From positions 14,703,777 through 14,741,312 of the forward strand of contig NC_068985.1 of the NCBI RefSeq assembly GCF_001194135.2: a stretch of DNA of 37,536 nucleotides, read 5' to 3'. The DNA is from Octopus bimaculoides. Taxonomy: Eukaryota. The first letter of the stretch is position 1; each line of letters opens with the position of its first letter. Shown here piece after piece: positions 20,820-30,705 of the stretch. Made by a program: the position numbers and the translations under genes. The notes under the pieces are model-generated. The model ran no database searches. It worked only from the letters and a program-made list of their open reading frames with translations, and was not told the DNA's origin.

Positions 20820-20975
20820 ACTTGGGCACACAGCCACAGATTTATGGGAGAGATATAGTCCATTATATCAACCCATTACTTGATTGGTTCTTTATTTTAT
20901 TGACTTCGGAGGGATGAAAGGCAAAGGTGACCTCAGCAGGATTTGAACTCAGGATATACAAAGCTGACACAAATA
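20820..20975 (-). mobile_element. Family-B SINE, decayed
   Basis: gggatgaaaggcaaaggtgacctcagcaggatttgaactcag. Confidence 0.65.
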
Positions 20976-21103
20976 CTGATGCTCTAACAACCTTTCATGA
21001 AATAATGAAATTTTCAGTTCACAATCAGTATTTGAATTTAGATTTAGATGTTTTAATTAGGGAATGTGAAAGTGTTAAAATGTATTATATATATATATAT
21101 ATT

Positions 21104-21323
21104 CATTATTTACATTTGATGGATATTTGTCCTCATCTTGTTTGTTATTGACACAATGTTTCGGTTGATATACCCTCCAGCCTTCATCAGGTGTCTTGGG
21201 GAAATTTCAAACCTTTGTTCTCATTCCTAAGGTATTTTTCAATGTTGTTGTCACTGCCTGGAATTGAACTTGGAATCTTAGTGTTAGTAGCCCATGCTCT
21301 TAACCACTACGCCATATGCCCGT
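21104..21323 (-). mobile_element. Family-H element: tRNA-like head plus hammerhead motif plus short tail
   Basis: Reverse complement ACGGGCATATGGCGTAGTGGTTAAGAGC...CCAAGTTCAATTCCAGGCAGTG (A box 21304-14, B box 21260-69), linker, then GACAC-CTGATGA-A-GGCTG...CAACC-GAAACATT-GTGTC at 21195-21150. Confidence 0.8.
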
Positions 21324-21636
21324 AATATATGACCTGTAATATATTGTTTTTGTATTAGGTTTGCAAAATTCTTTATGTGAATTTATGAGTCAAAGCATAT
21401 TTTATTGTATCTGGGGAGAGTCATTCTCTTTTAGTGCCTTATTAATTTAACACCCTCACTGGTTCGGTTTCCACTCATTTACTTATTCATTTTTTCCTAT
21501 ATCAACTATTGAAGAGGTTGCAAGATGCAACAAAAATTTTAGAAAAAATAAATAAGTAAATAAGTGGAAATCAAAGAGGTGAGTGTGTTAAGTAATAAGG
21601 CACTAAAAGAGAATGGCTCTCCCCAGACACAATAAT

Positions 21637-21877
21637 GGCTGATGACAGTACTGCCTGATTGGCCTGCAAAAAGCACCATTCGAGCGTGGTCGTTGCCAGT
21701 ACCGCCTGACTGGCTCCCATGTCAGTGGCACATAAAAAGCACCCACTACACTCTCAGAGTGGTTGGCGTTAGGAAGGGCATTCAGCTATAGAAACTTTAC
21801 CAGATCGGATTGGTGCCTGGTGCAGCCTCCTGGCTTGCCAGCATGGAAAGCGGATGTTAAACGATGATGATGATGAT
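21637..21877 (+). mobile_element. Family-C retroposon, internally deleted
   Basis: Typical internal repeat and an (ATG)n tail. Confidence 0.82.
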
Positions 21878-21900
21878 ACACACACATATATATATATATA

Positions 21901-22617
21901 AACCCCTTCAGGTAGATGGCCCTGCTCAGTATGTAGAAAAGGAGTAGGTAGTAACTCTATAAGATGTACCCGGTGCAAGCNNNNNNNNNNNNNNNNNNNN
22001 NNNNNNNNNNNNNNNNNNNNNNNNNNNNNNNNNNNNNNNNNNNNNNNNNNNNNNNNNNNNNNNNNNNNNNNNNNNNNNNNNNNNNNNNNNNNNNNNNNNN
22101 NNNNNNNNNNNNNNNNNNNNNNNNNNNNNNNNNNNNNNNNNNNNNNNNNNNNNNNNNNNNNNNNNNNNNNNNNNNNNNNNNNNNNNNNNNNNNNNNNNNN
22201 NNNNNNNNNNNNNNNNNNNNNNNNNNNNNNNNNNNNNNNNNNNNNNNNNNNNNNNNNNNNNNNNNNNNNNNNNNNNNNNNNNNNNNNNNNNNNNNNNNNN
22301 NNNNNNNNNNNNNNNNNNNNNNNNNNNNNNNNNNNNNNNNNNNNNNNNNNNNNNNNNNNNNNNNNNNNNNNNNNNNNNNNNNNNNNNNNNNNNNNNNNNN
22401 NNNNNNNNNNNNNNNNNNNNNNNNNNNNNNNNNNNNNNNNNNNNNNNNNTACACTCTCTGAGTGGTTGGCGTTAGGAAGGGCATCCAGCTGTAGAAACTC
22501 TGCCAAATTAGATTGGAGCCTGGTGTAGCCATCCGGTTGCACCAGTCCTCAGTCAAATCGTCCAACCCATGCTAGCATGGAAAGCGGACGTTAAACGATG
22601 ATGATGATGATGATGAT
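21901..22617 (+). mobile_element. 5'-truncated RTE-clade LINE (ORF piece, 469-N gap, family-C-type 3' end)
   Basis: 21901-21980 is identical over 80/80 nt to 37294-37373 (TPSGRWPCSVCRKGVGSNSIRCTRCK). After the gap, 22450-22617 is a family-C tail in the same orientation. Continuity across the gap is inferred. Confidence 0.7.
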
Positions 22618-22622
22618 AGATA

Positions 22623-22829
22623 TTGCCAGTTCCGCTGGACTGGCACATAAAAAGCACCCACTACACTCTCGGAGTAGTTGATGTTAGGAAGGGCATCCAA
22701 CTGTAGAAACTCTGTCAGATCAGATTGGAGTCTGGTGTAGCCATCCGGTTTGCCAGTCCCCGCGTCAAATCGTCCAACCCATGCTAGCATGGAAAGCGGA
22801 CGTTAAATGAAAATGATGATGATGATGAT
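22623..22829 (+). mobile_element. Family-C retroposon 3' portion
   Basis: ttgccagttccgctggactggcac...ggaaagcggacgttaaatga...(atg)n. Confidence 0.85.
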
Positions 22830-22901
22830 TTATTTATATATATATATGTATGTAGATGATGATACATATTAACTTTACATTTGTTGTTATTGTTGTTAAA
22901 G

Positions 22902-23010
22902 GTCTTATGGTTATGAAAGTTTGGCTGACATTGTTGTGGCAACACCTGGAAAATTAGTGGACCACATCAATCAAACTGAAGGCTTTGATTTAACACACCT
23001 GAGGTTCTTG
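22902..23010 (+). CDS. DDX51: DDX51 exon 8 (109 nt; motif Ib)
   Basis: taaAG acceptor; [36 protein letters not shown]; donor GTAAGT; phase 2 to 0. Confidence 0.95.
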
Positions 23011-23464
23011 GTAAGTTGATTGCATTTTTCACATTAAACGTTTGGGGGTCATTCCTATTATTCTGCTTTATTTCAGTTTTTGTACTGTACTGCCCATTAG
23101 TCCATTCTTGGACAGTTCAGGTAACATATCAGTTTTACTTTGAGGAGAAGTTGTTAGGCTTTTACTCAACCTATCTCAATTTCTGGAGCCAATTCAGAAT
23201 GAGAGAGAGGTAGAGATGAAACAATACTGGACAGTACTTTATTTTTCAACCCCGGACATTGAACTCAAGGCTCAGAGAGTGGGAACAAATACTGTAAGAC
23301 ATGTCCAACAGTCCTAATTACTTCCTGCCTTTTTGGTGATTAATTGAAGAATATTAAGTTAAGCAAAGATTCAGAGAGTACAGTACTTTTTGAGTATTTA
23401 GTTTATTAATCTCTCTAGTGCTTATACGTGATCCATTTTGTCATGGCACTTGGCACCAACAGAA

Positions 23465-23845
23465 CTATGAAGACTTGTGTGGAAAGAAGTTTACTTTCCA
23501 ACCACATGGTTCCAGTCATGGCACCTTGGGCAAGTGCCTTCTACTATAGCCCTGGGCTGATGAAAACCTTGTGAGTGAATTTCACACATGGAAACTGAAA
23601 AGAAGACCATCAGATATTTATGTGTGTGTGTGTGTGTTTGTGTTTCCTTCTCTTGACATCATGTGATTGTTGTAAACAAAGGTCACCATCAGGTAAGTAG
23701 TGTCATTTCCAATCTTTTGTAAAAACATGTCTGGTCATGAGGTAATATTACCTTATTTGGAAACATTAAAGGTTTCGAAGGGTTTGTGACAAACAGAACA
23801 TCCAGTCCTAGAAAATCCACCTCAACAAATTCCATTCAACCCATT
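23465..23845 (+). mobile_element. Family-A' SINE (A head plus RTE-type tail), decayed
   Basis: tgtgtggaaagaagtttactttccaaccacatggttcc...ggcaccttgggcaagtg...(TG)n...cttgacatcatgtg...catccagtcctagaaaatccacctcaacaaattcc. Confidence 0.7.
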
Positions 23846-24039
23846 TTGAAAATTAGTATTCATTTCATTGTTTTGTGTAAGCATCGAGAACTTTGATAAA
23901 TGTTTAAACTATAAGTATTGTATGTGTGGCATAGTTCCTGATATTATTCTTGGTAGCAGAAGAATACTTCCAAAGTTACCTGTCATATGATGGATAATAC
24001 AATCTAGTTATGCAATAAAGCACAAGCACCTAATATTCT

Positions 24040-24253
24040 TTTCTACTCTAGGCACAAGGCCTGAAATTTGGGGGGAGGGGACCAGTTGATTAGATCGACC
24101 CCAGTATGCATCTGGTACTTAATTTATCAACCCCGAAAGGATAAAAGGTAAAGTCGACCTTGGCGGAATTTGAACTCAGAATGTAAAAGCAGATGAAATA
24201 CCGCTAAGCATTTCGCCCGGCATGCTAACGTTCCTGCCAGCTCACCACCTTAA
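24040..24253 (-). mobile_element. Family-B SINE
   Basis: taggcacaaggcctgaaatt...atcgaccccag...aaagtcgaccttggcgg...ctgccagctcaccacctta. Confidence 0.88.
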
Positions 24254-24754
24254 ACACATAATATTGTTTTGATTCCTCATCTTTTCTATTTTCCTTCAAT
24301 TTATGTACACTCTTAATGCCCCTAGGAACAGTTTTTATATCTCACCCTCTTGATTTTCTTTCCTCCTATAAATTTAGCTTTTATGTCAAAATAACATGGA
24401 AAGCGTTTTTGATATCTCCAGAAACAAAGTAGATTCTTTGTGTGGTTAAGGTGCTGAGACCACTACTATGATTTGAGTTCAAAGATTCATGTTAATGCTT
24501 CTGTGCTGAGATACTTAACTCTTCTTGCTGCAGTTTGCCTGGCTGATAGACAAGTTCCACTTTATATATCAGTGTGGAGTAGTTAAAATGTATCTCTGAA
24601 ATTAGTTGCTCTAAAAAATAAATCATCCAAGCCATACATGAATGGAGGCAAAAAATAGTTTTAACCATCTCAGACCTGGGCCCCTATGTCTAGCTTTTTA
24701 CCCTCCACCTGGGCTCCTGAGCAGAAAAAAAACGAATAGTTGCATATGAAAAGA

Positions 24755-24838
24755 AAGGAGCACTCAGTTGGTTATGACGACGAGGGTCCCAGCTGATACG
24801 ATCAACGGAACAGCTTGCTCGTGAAATTAACGTGCAAG
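24755..24838 (+). repeat. Fragment of another short repeat family, cut by a family-A insertion
   Basis: ggagcactcagttggttatgacgacgagggtcccagctgatacgatcaacggaacagcttgctcgtgaaattaacgtgcaag. Recognised from memory as an octopus SINE body; single copy here. Confidence 0.45.
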
Positions 24839-25037
24839 GCGTAGGAGTGGCTGTGTGGTAAGTAGCTTGCTTACGAACCACATGATTCTGGGTTCAGTCC
24901 CACTGCATGGCACCTTGGGCAAGTGTCTTCTGCTATAGCCTCAGGCCGACCAAAGCCTTGTGAGTGGATTTGGTAGACGGAAACTTAAAGAAGCCTGTAA
25001 TATATATGTATAAATATTTATGTGTGTCTGTGTTTGT
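24839..25037 (+). mobile_element. Family-A SINE 5' half (rest in gap)
   Basis: gcgtaggagtggctgtgtggtaagtagc... Confidence 0.88.
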
Positions 25038-25768
25038 NNNNNNNNNNNNNNNNNNNNNNNNNNNNNNNNNNNNNNNNNNNNNNNNNNNNNNNNNNNNNNN
25101 NNNNNNNNNNNNNNNNNNNNNNNNNNNNNNNNNNNNNNNNNNNNNNNNNNNNNNNNNNNNNNNNNNNNNNNNNNNNNNNNNNNNNNNNNNNNNNNNNNNN
25201 NNNNNNNNNNNNNNNNNNNNNNNNNNNNNNNNNNNNNNNNNNNNNNNNNNNNNNNNNNNNNNNNNNNNNNNNNNNNNNNNNNNNNNNNNNNNNNNNNNNN
25301 NNNNNNNNNNNNNNNNNNNNNNNNNNNNNNNNNNNNNNNNNNNNNNNNNNNNNNNNNNNNNNNNNNNNNNNNNNNNNNNNNNNNNNNNNNNNNNNNNNNN
25401 NNNNNNNNNNNNNNNNNNNNNNNNNNNNNNNNNNNNNNNNNNNNNNNNNNNNNNNNNNNNNNNNNNNNNNNNNNNNNNNNNNNNNNNNNNNNNNNNNNNN
25501 NNNNNNNNNNNNNNNNNNNNNNNNNNNNNNNNNNNNNNNNNNNNNNNNNNNNNNNNNNNNNNNNNNNNNNNNNNNNNNNNNNNNNNNNNNNNNNNNNNNN
25601 NNNNNNNNNNNNNNNNNNNNNNNNNNNNNNNNNNNNNNNNNNNNNNNNNNNNNNNNNNNNNNNNNNNNNNNNNNNNNNNNNNNNNNNNNNNNNNNNNNNN
25701 NNNNNNNNNNNNNNNNNNNNNNNNNNNNNNNNNNNNNNNNNNNNNNNNNNNNNNNNNNNNNNNNNNNN

Positions 25769-25945
25769 ATATATATATATATATACGGCGGGCTTCTTTC
25801 AGTTTCTTTCTCCCAAATCCACTCACAAGGCTTTGTTCAACCCGAGGCTATAGTAGAAGATACTTGCGCAAGGTGCCACGCAGTGGGACTGAACCCAGAA
25901 CCATGTGGTTCGTAAGCAAGCTACTTACCACACAGCCACTCCTGC
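25769..25945 (-). mobile_element. Family-A SINE 5' half (rest in gap)
   Basis: ...ccacacagccactcctgc; opposite orientation to 24839-25037. Confidence 0.88.
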
Positions 25946-26203
25946 TACATCGGAAACACAACATGATAGGGTTAAGACAACACGTGGAGTATGAGTGAAA
26001 GAAAGAATCACATACATCTCAGGGAGCTAAGCAAGTTTGTGTGTATACAGATGTTGAAAGGGAGTGGTATTAGGGATCAGTGAGTGTCAGTATTGGAAAG
26101 CTTGTCTTTAAAAGTTACAAAAGGAGTTGTGAAGGTGTTGCAAAGCAGGGACACTGGGAGAACCCAAGGTTATGTTGTATTGGTTTTGTTTCTTTTTGTG
26201 AAG

Positions 26204-26343
26204 GTCATCGATGAAGCGGATCGTGTCTTTGATATTATGAAGTACGATTGGTTGACCAACTTGGAGAAAGCTGTTTACAAGATGCCAATGTCTGACTCTG
26301 GTACCAGTTGTAGACCAAAGCCTGGTCCCATAACAATAAATCA
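26204..26343 (+). CDS. DDX51: DDX51 exon 9 (140 nt; motif II DEAD)
   Basis: tgaAG acceptor; VIDEADRVFDIMKYDWLTNLEKAVY...GPITIN; donor GTAAGT; phase 0 to 2. Confidence 0.95.
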
Positions 26344-26469
26344 GTAAGTCATTCTTATTCTTCTGTCAACACCTCTACCACCACTATTACTGTCAGTGTT
26401 GTCACCACACCCATCTTTGTCATCACCACCTACAATAGTACGATGTCTCTTACTACAATTATCATTACA

Positions 26470-26652
26470 ACCATTGTGGCGACGGCAGCTGTTGTTGTTT
26501 CCATATTGGCATGGGTTGGACGGTTTGACAGGACCTGATAAGCCAGAGGACTGCACCGAGCTCCACTCTCTGCTTTGACATGGTTTCTACTGCTGGATGC
26601 CCTTCATAATGCCAACCACTTTACAGAGTTTACTGGGTGCTTTTTACATGAC
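26470..26652 (-). mobile_element. Family-C-like fragment
   Basis: ttccatattggcatgggttggacggtttgac...ctggatgcccttcataatgccaacc. Confidence 0.7.
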
Positions 26653-26896
26653 TGCACTCACTTTACTGCACATCACTGTACATGGCTTGCATAACTCTCA
26701 GGCCATTTATTTAATCCTAGTTTCCTCTGTGACTGCCATCATCATCACCAACATTTTACATGTCTTTATTTCCCTTCCATATTTACATGAGATGAGTATG
26801 TCTTCTCCAACACAATGTCTCTCCAAAGGTTGCAATCACTTATCTACTTTGTGAAGTTTAACATCCTCTGATCAGCCTCACTGTTGCTGTCATATA

Positions 26897-26928
<32 letters not shown>

Positions 26929-26943
<15 letters not shown>

Positions 26944-27100
26944 TATAGTTTTAGGGAAAATAACCAATTCTCAAGAACTCACCGATGAAAATCCACTATC
27001 ACATATAGAAAAATTAATAATTAAAAGTGATAGTGGATTTTCATCGATGAGTTCTTGAGAATTGGTTATTTTCCCTAAAACTATATATATTTTATATATA
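26929..27100. repeat. Long inverted repeat: 74-bp arms, 24-nt loop
   Basis: 26929-27002 versus 27027-27100, one mismatch (accgatg/atcgatg). Confidence 0.95.
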
Positions 27101-27212
27101 CTTTATCTATAAGGCTCAATTTAATTTTAATTTTTTATAAATTGATTTTAATTGAGTTTTTTACCTGTAATTTTGGATTTTGTCCCTAATAATATTATAT
27201 ATATATATATAT

Positions 27213-27312
27213 AAAGAAAAAGACAAAGAGATCAATGGCAAAGTTAGAATTATATTTTATGTACATAAAACATAATTCTAACTTTGCCATTGATCTCTTT
27301 GTCTTTTTCTTT
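27213..27312. repeat. Palindrome: 50-bp arms, no loop
   Basis: Centred on tgt|aca (27262/27263), one mismatch. Confidence 0.95.
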
Positions 27313-27464
27313 CTTTATACATACACATGTTAATACACGACCCATGTTATATTCCCCACTCATGTTGCTACAACGACAGGAGCAAAACTAGTCAGTATAC
27401 AGCACTTACTCGGTATTGCCTGTATCCTTAGGGTTTGGTTCACTCCAATACTCTTTATAACCTT

Positions 27465-27500
<36 letters not shown>

Positions 27501-27531
27501 CATAGATATGATGATAATACATATACACATA

Positions 27532-27818
27532 CATCCAGTCACAGAAAATTTGCTTCATTAAACTCTCCAACCCATGCAAGCATAGAAAAGTGGATGTCAA
27601 AACAGTGATGATGATGATGGGGGTGGCAGTGACTTTTTATAAATATCTTCTGTCATCATCATCATCATCATCATCATCGTTTAACGTCCGCTTTCCATGC
27701 TAGCATGGGTTGGACGATTTGACTGACGACTGGTGAAACCGGATGGCAACACCAGGCTCCAATCTGATCTGGCAGAGTTTCTACAGCTGGATGCCCTTCC
27801 TAACGCCAACCACTCATC
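27532..27818. mobile_element. Two family-C-type 3' ends, tail to tail
   Basis: 27532-27619 on + ending (atg)n; 27654-27818 on - starting (cat)n gtttaacgtccgc. Confidence 0.8.
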
Positions 27819-27861
27819 CATATTAATTAAAATGCACAATAATGTTTTTCTCTCATTTCAG

Positions 27862-27883
27862 GGTTTCAAAGATATCCACTCCG
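27862..27883 (+). CDS. DDX51: DDX51 exon 10 (22-nt micro-exon, QVSKISTP)
   Basis: Polypyrimidine tttcAG acceptor and GTAAGT donor. Converts phase 2 (exon 9) to phase 0 (exon 11); exons 9 and 11 cannot join in frame without it. Confidence 0.8.
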
Positions 27884-28052
27884 GTAAGTGAAATATTTGT
27901 TTTCTCATTATTAATTCTCCTCTCTTTGATTCTACTCTTAATTTTTTCTTGTAGGTTTTTTGATTCCTGTTTTTTTTCTAAACTCTTGCCTTATGAGTCC
28001 GAGAGCTCCTGACCAACCTAAGTCCAAGTCTTTTATTGTATATCAATAAATT

Positions 28053-28408
28053 GGCAGAGGTTTGGCTGTAAGAAGTTTGCTTCTCAACCATATGGTTTCA
28101 GCTTCTGTCGCATGGCGTGGCACCTTGGGCCAGTGTTTTCTACCATATAGCCTTGGGCTGACCACTGACTTGTAAGTGGATTTGGTAGGCAAAAACTGGA
28201 GCAGCCCATCGTGTGTGTGTGTGTGTCCCACCATTGCTTGACAACCAGTGTTGGTGTGTTTACATCCCTGTAACTTTACAGTTCAGCAAAAGTGACTGAT
28301 AGAAGTACTAGGCTTTAAAAATAAGTAGTGGAGTTGATCGGCTTGACTAAATTTTTCTACAGCGGCTGTGATCCAGCCACAGTCTAATGACTGAAACAAT
28401 TAAAAGAT
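28053..28408 (+). mobile_element. Family-A SINE, diverged
   Basis: ...ggcaccttgggccagtg...gtggatttggtagg...aatgactgaaacaattaaaag. Confidence 0.8.
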
Positions 28409-28872
28409 ATTTAAAAAAAGGTGAAAAATTACAATTTCTAATTTTTAATTAACAATTTGGTTGCTAATAATAAATACTTTGGTAAATCATGATGAGGCTG
28501 CACGTTGCTGAAATCATGGTAAAACTACCTCCTGAGTTGTCTCCCATACGGGATTAAAACAAAAAAGAAATTGGTTTGTTTTTTGGGGTTTTTTTTTCTC
28601 TTTTTATCACTTGTCTGAACTAAGTTTTATAACTCCGCTCCCACTTCACCTAACAGCTTTTTACCCTTGCCACATTCGTTGTCTGTTTTAATGAAATACA
28701 GGCTACCGTTGTACAGTGTTTCTTATCCCTATTGTCTATGGTCTTAAGCTATCATCTCCAGCATGTACCACATTTTCAGATGTTTTTCATTGATCGCTAC
28801 CTCCATTTTAACCTCTTATGGAAATTGCTTAAGGGCCTTGTGAGTGGATTTGATAGGCAGAAACTGAAAGAT

Positions 28873-29108
28873 AAGGCGGCGAACTGGCAGAAACGTTAGC
28901 ATGCCGGGCGAAATGCTTAGCGGTGTTTCGTCTCTTTTCACATTCTGAGTTCAAATTCCGCCGAGGTCGACTTTACCTTTCATCCTTTCGGGATCGATTA
29001 AATATGTACCAGTTACACACTGGGGGATCGATATAATCGACTTGATCCATTTGTCTGTCCTTGTTTGTCCCCTCTGTGTGTGGCCCCTTGGGGGCAGTAA
29101 AGAAATAG
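28873..29108 (+). mobile_element. Family-B SINE, full length, inserted in a family-A remnant
   Basis: Perfect 13-bp TSD GAAACTGAAAGAT at 28860-72 and 29109-21; head AAGGCGGCGAACTGGCAGAAACG, B-box-like GAGTTCAAATTCC. Confidence 0.92.
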
Positions 29109-29312
29109 GAAACTGAAAGATGCCTGCCATATATCTCTAAATAATCAGTCTCCAATGAAGCTGGTGGTGTTTATGTCAGCAAAACTTATATTACGTATTA
29201 ACATTGATAACAAGAATAACGAACTTGCCAGGAGGGAAAAATCCAAAGCTGGATTCCATTTCTCATAGTTATTTCACCACTCATTTTTTATCGATTTTGT
29301 TATCCTGCTATC

Positions 29313-29662
29313 ATGAGGAGGATTGAGGATTTGATGGGAATGCTGGGGTTGGAGGAATCGGTGGAATGATTGGCAAGGGCGAATGGAGTGGGGTGGTATG
29401 GTCATGTGTTAAGGAGGGATGAAGAGCATGTTCTGAGGAGGGTGATTGCGTTTGAAGTAAATGGAATGTGAAAGCGAGGTAGACCCAGGAAAATGTGGAG
29501 GTGACAGGTGGAGGAGGAGGAGATCGGGAGGGTTGGTTTGAAAAACGAGGACACCTAAAACCAGGCAAGATGATGTGAGGGCGCTTGCTATGACATTCAG
29601 GTAGATCCAGCCACCCCCGTTAACAGGGGCAAAACCTGGATTTAAAACTCAGGAAGATGATT
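29313..29662 (+). mobile_element. RTE-clade LINE 3' fragment (pseudo-ORF C-terminus and tail)
   Basis: Reads ...LARANGVGWYGHVLRRDEEHVLRRVIAFEVNGM*KRGRPRKMWR*QVEEE..., the RTE C-terminal WYGHV.R/RGRP..W signature, with several in-frame stops. Confidence 0.85.
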
Positions 29663-29667
29663 ATTAT

Positions 29668-30050
29668 ACATCATCATCATTGTTTAACGTCCGCTTTCCA
29701 TGCTAGCATGGGTTGGACGATTTGACTGAGGACTGGTGAAACCAGATGGCTGCACCAGGCTCCAATCTGATCTGTTAGAGCTTCTACAGCTGGATGTCCT
29801 TCCTAACGCCAACCACTCCAAGAGTGTAGTGGGTGCTTTTACGTGCCAGTGGCACGAAGGCCAGTCAGGCGGTACTGGTAACGGCCACGCTCAAAATGGT
29901 GTATTTTACATGCCACCTGCACAGGAGCCAGTCTAGCGGTACTGGCAACAATCTCGCTCGAATGTTTTTACACATGCCAGGAAGGCGATGCTGGGCACAG
30001 GTGCCATCACAATTTCGCTTTCGCTTGCCCCAACAAGTCTTGTCGCCTTC
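29668..30050 (-). mobile_element. Family-C retroposon
   Basis: (cat)n gtttaacgtccgctttccatgc plus internal repeats. Confidence 0.88.
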
Positions 30051-30464
30051 CATATTATCAGCTTGCTAGAAATAGGAGCCAACACCTCAAAGTCACAAAT
30101 CTGTCACTCAGTTGATGCCAAGATATCTATTCTTTTACTTTGTAGTTTTTGCAAAGGTAAGGACTATTTTTCTTATATTCGCTGCATTAAACGTGTGTAT
30201 TTACTTATAGTGAGTGATTTGTGGCATTGGGGTGATGACTCCTATTTCTAGCAAGCTGGTATTTCGGTACCTTTATTTATTTGCATATATTTTGCCTATT
30301 TAGGTTAAGCTTGCTGGCCACTTTATCATTATTATTATTATTAAATTTAATAATGGTAATAATACTTTATTAAATTTGAAATATATATATATGTATATCT
30401 TTTATTTTTTGCCGATTGGATTGACCCCTGTGCGTATATTTTTTAAGCCTGGTACCTATTTTAT

Positions 30465-30673
30465 TACTCTTTTACTTGTTTCAGTCATTTGACTGTGGCC
30501 ATGTTGGAGCACCGCCTTTAGTTGAGCAAATCGACCCCAGGACTTATTCTTTGTAAGCCTAGTACTTATTCTATTGGTCTCTTTTGCCGAACTGCTAAGT
30601 TACGGGGGCGTAAACAAACCAGTATCGGTTGTCAAGCGATGTTGGGGGAAGGAACACAGACACACAAACATAT

Positions 30674-30705
<32 letters not shown>

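Noticed and set aside
21252-21323. tRNA gene
   Set aside because: The A/B boxes are present, but I could not fold a clean cloverleaf and it is fused to repeat sequence; treated as a SINE head. The same applies to the family A and B heads.
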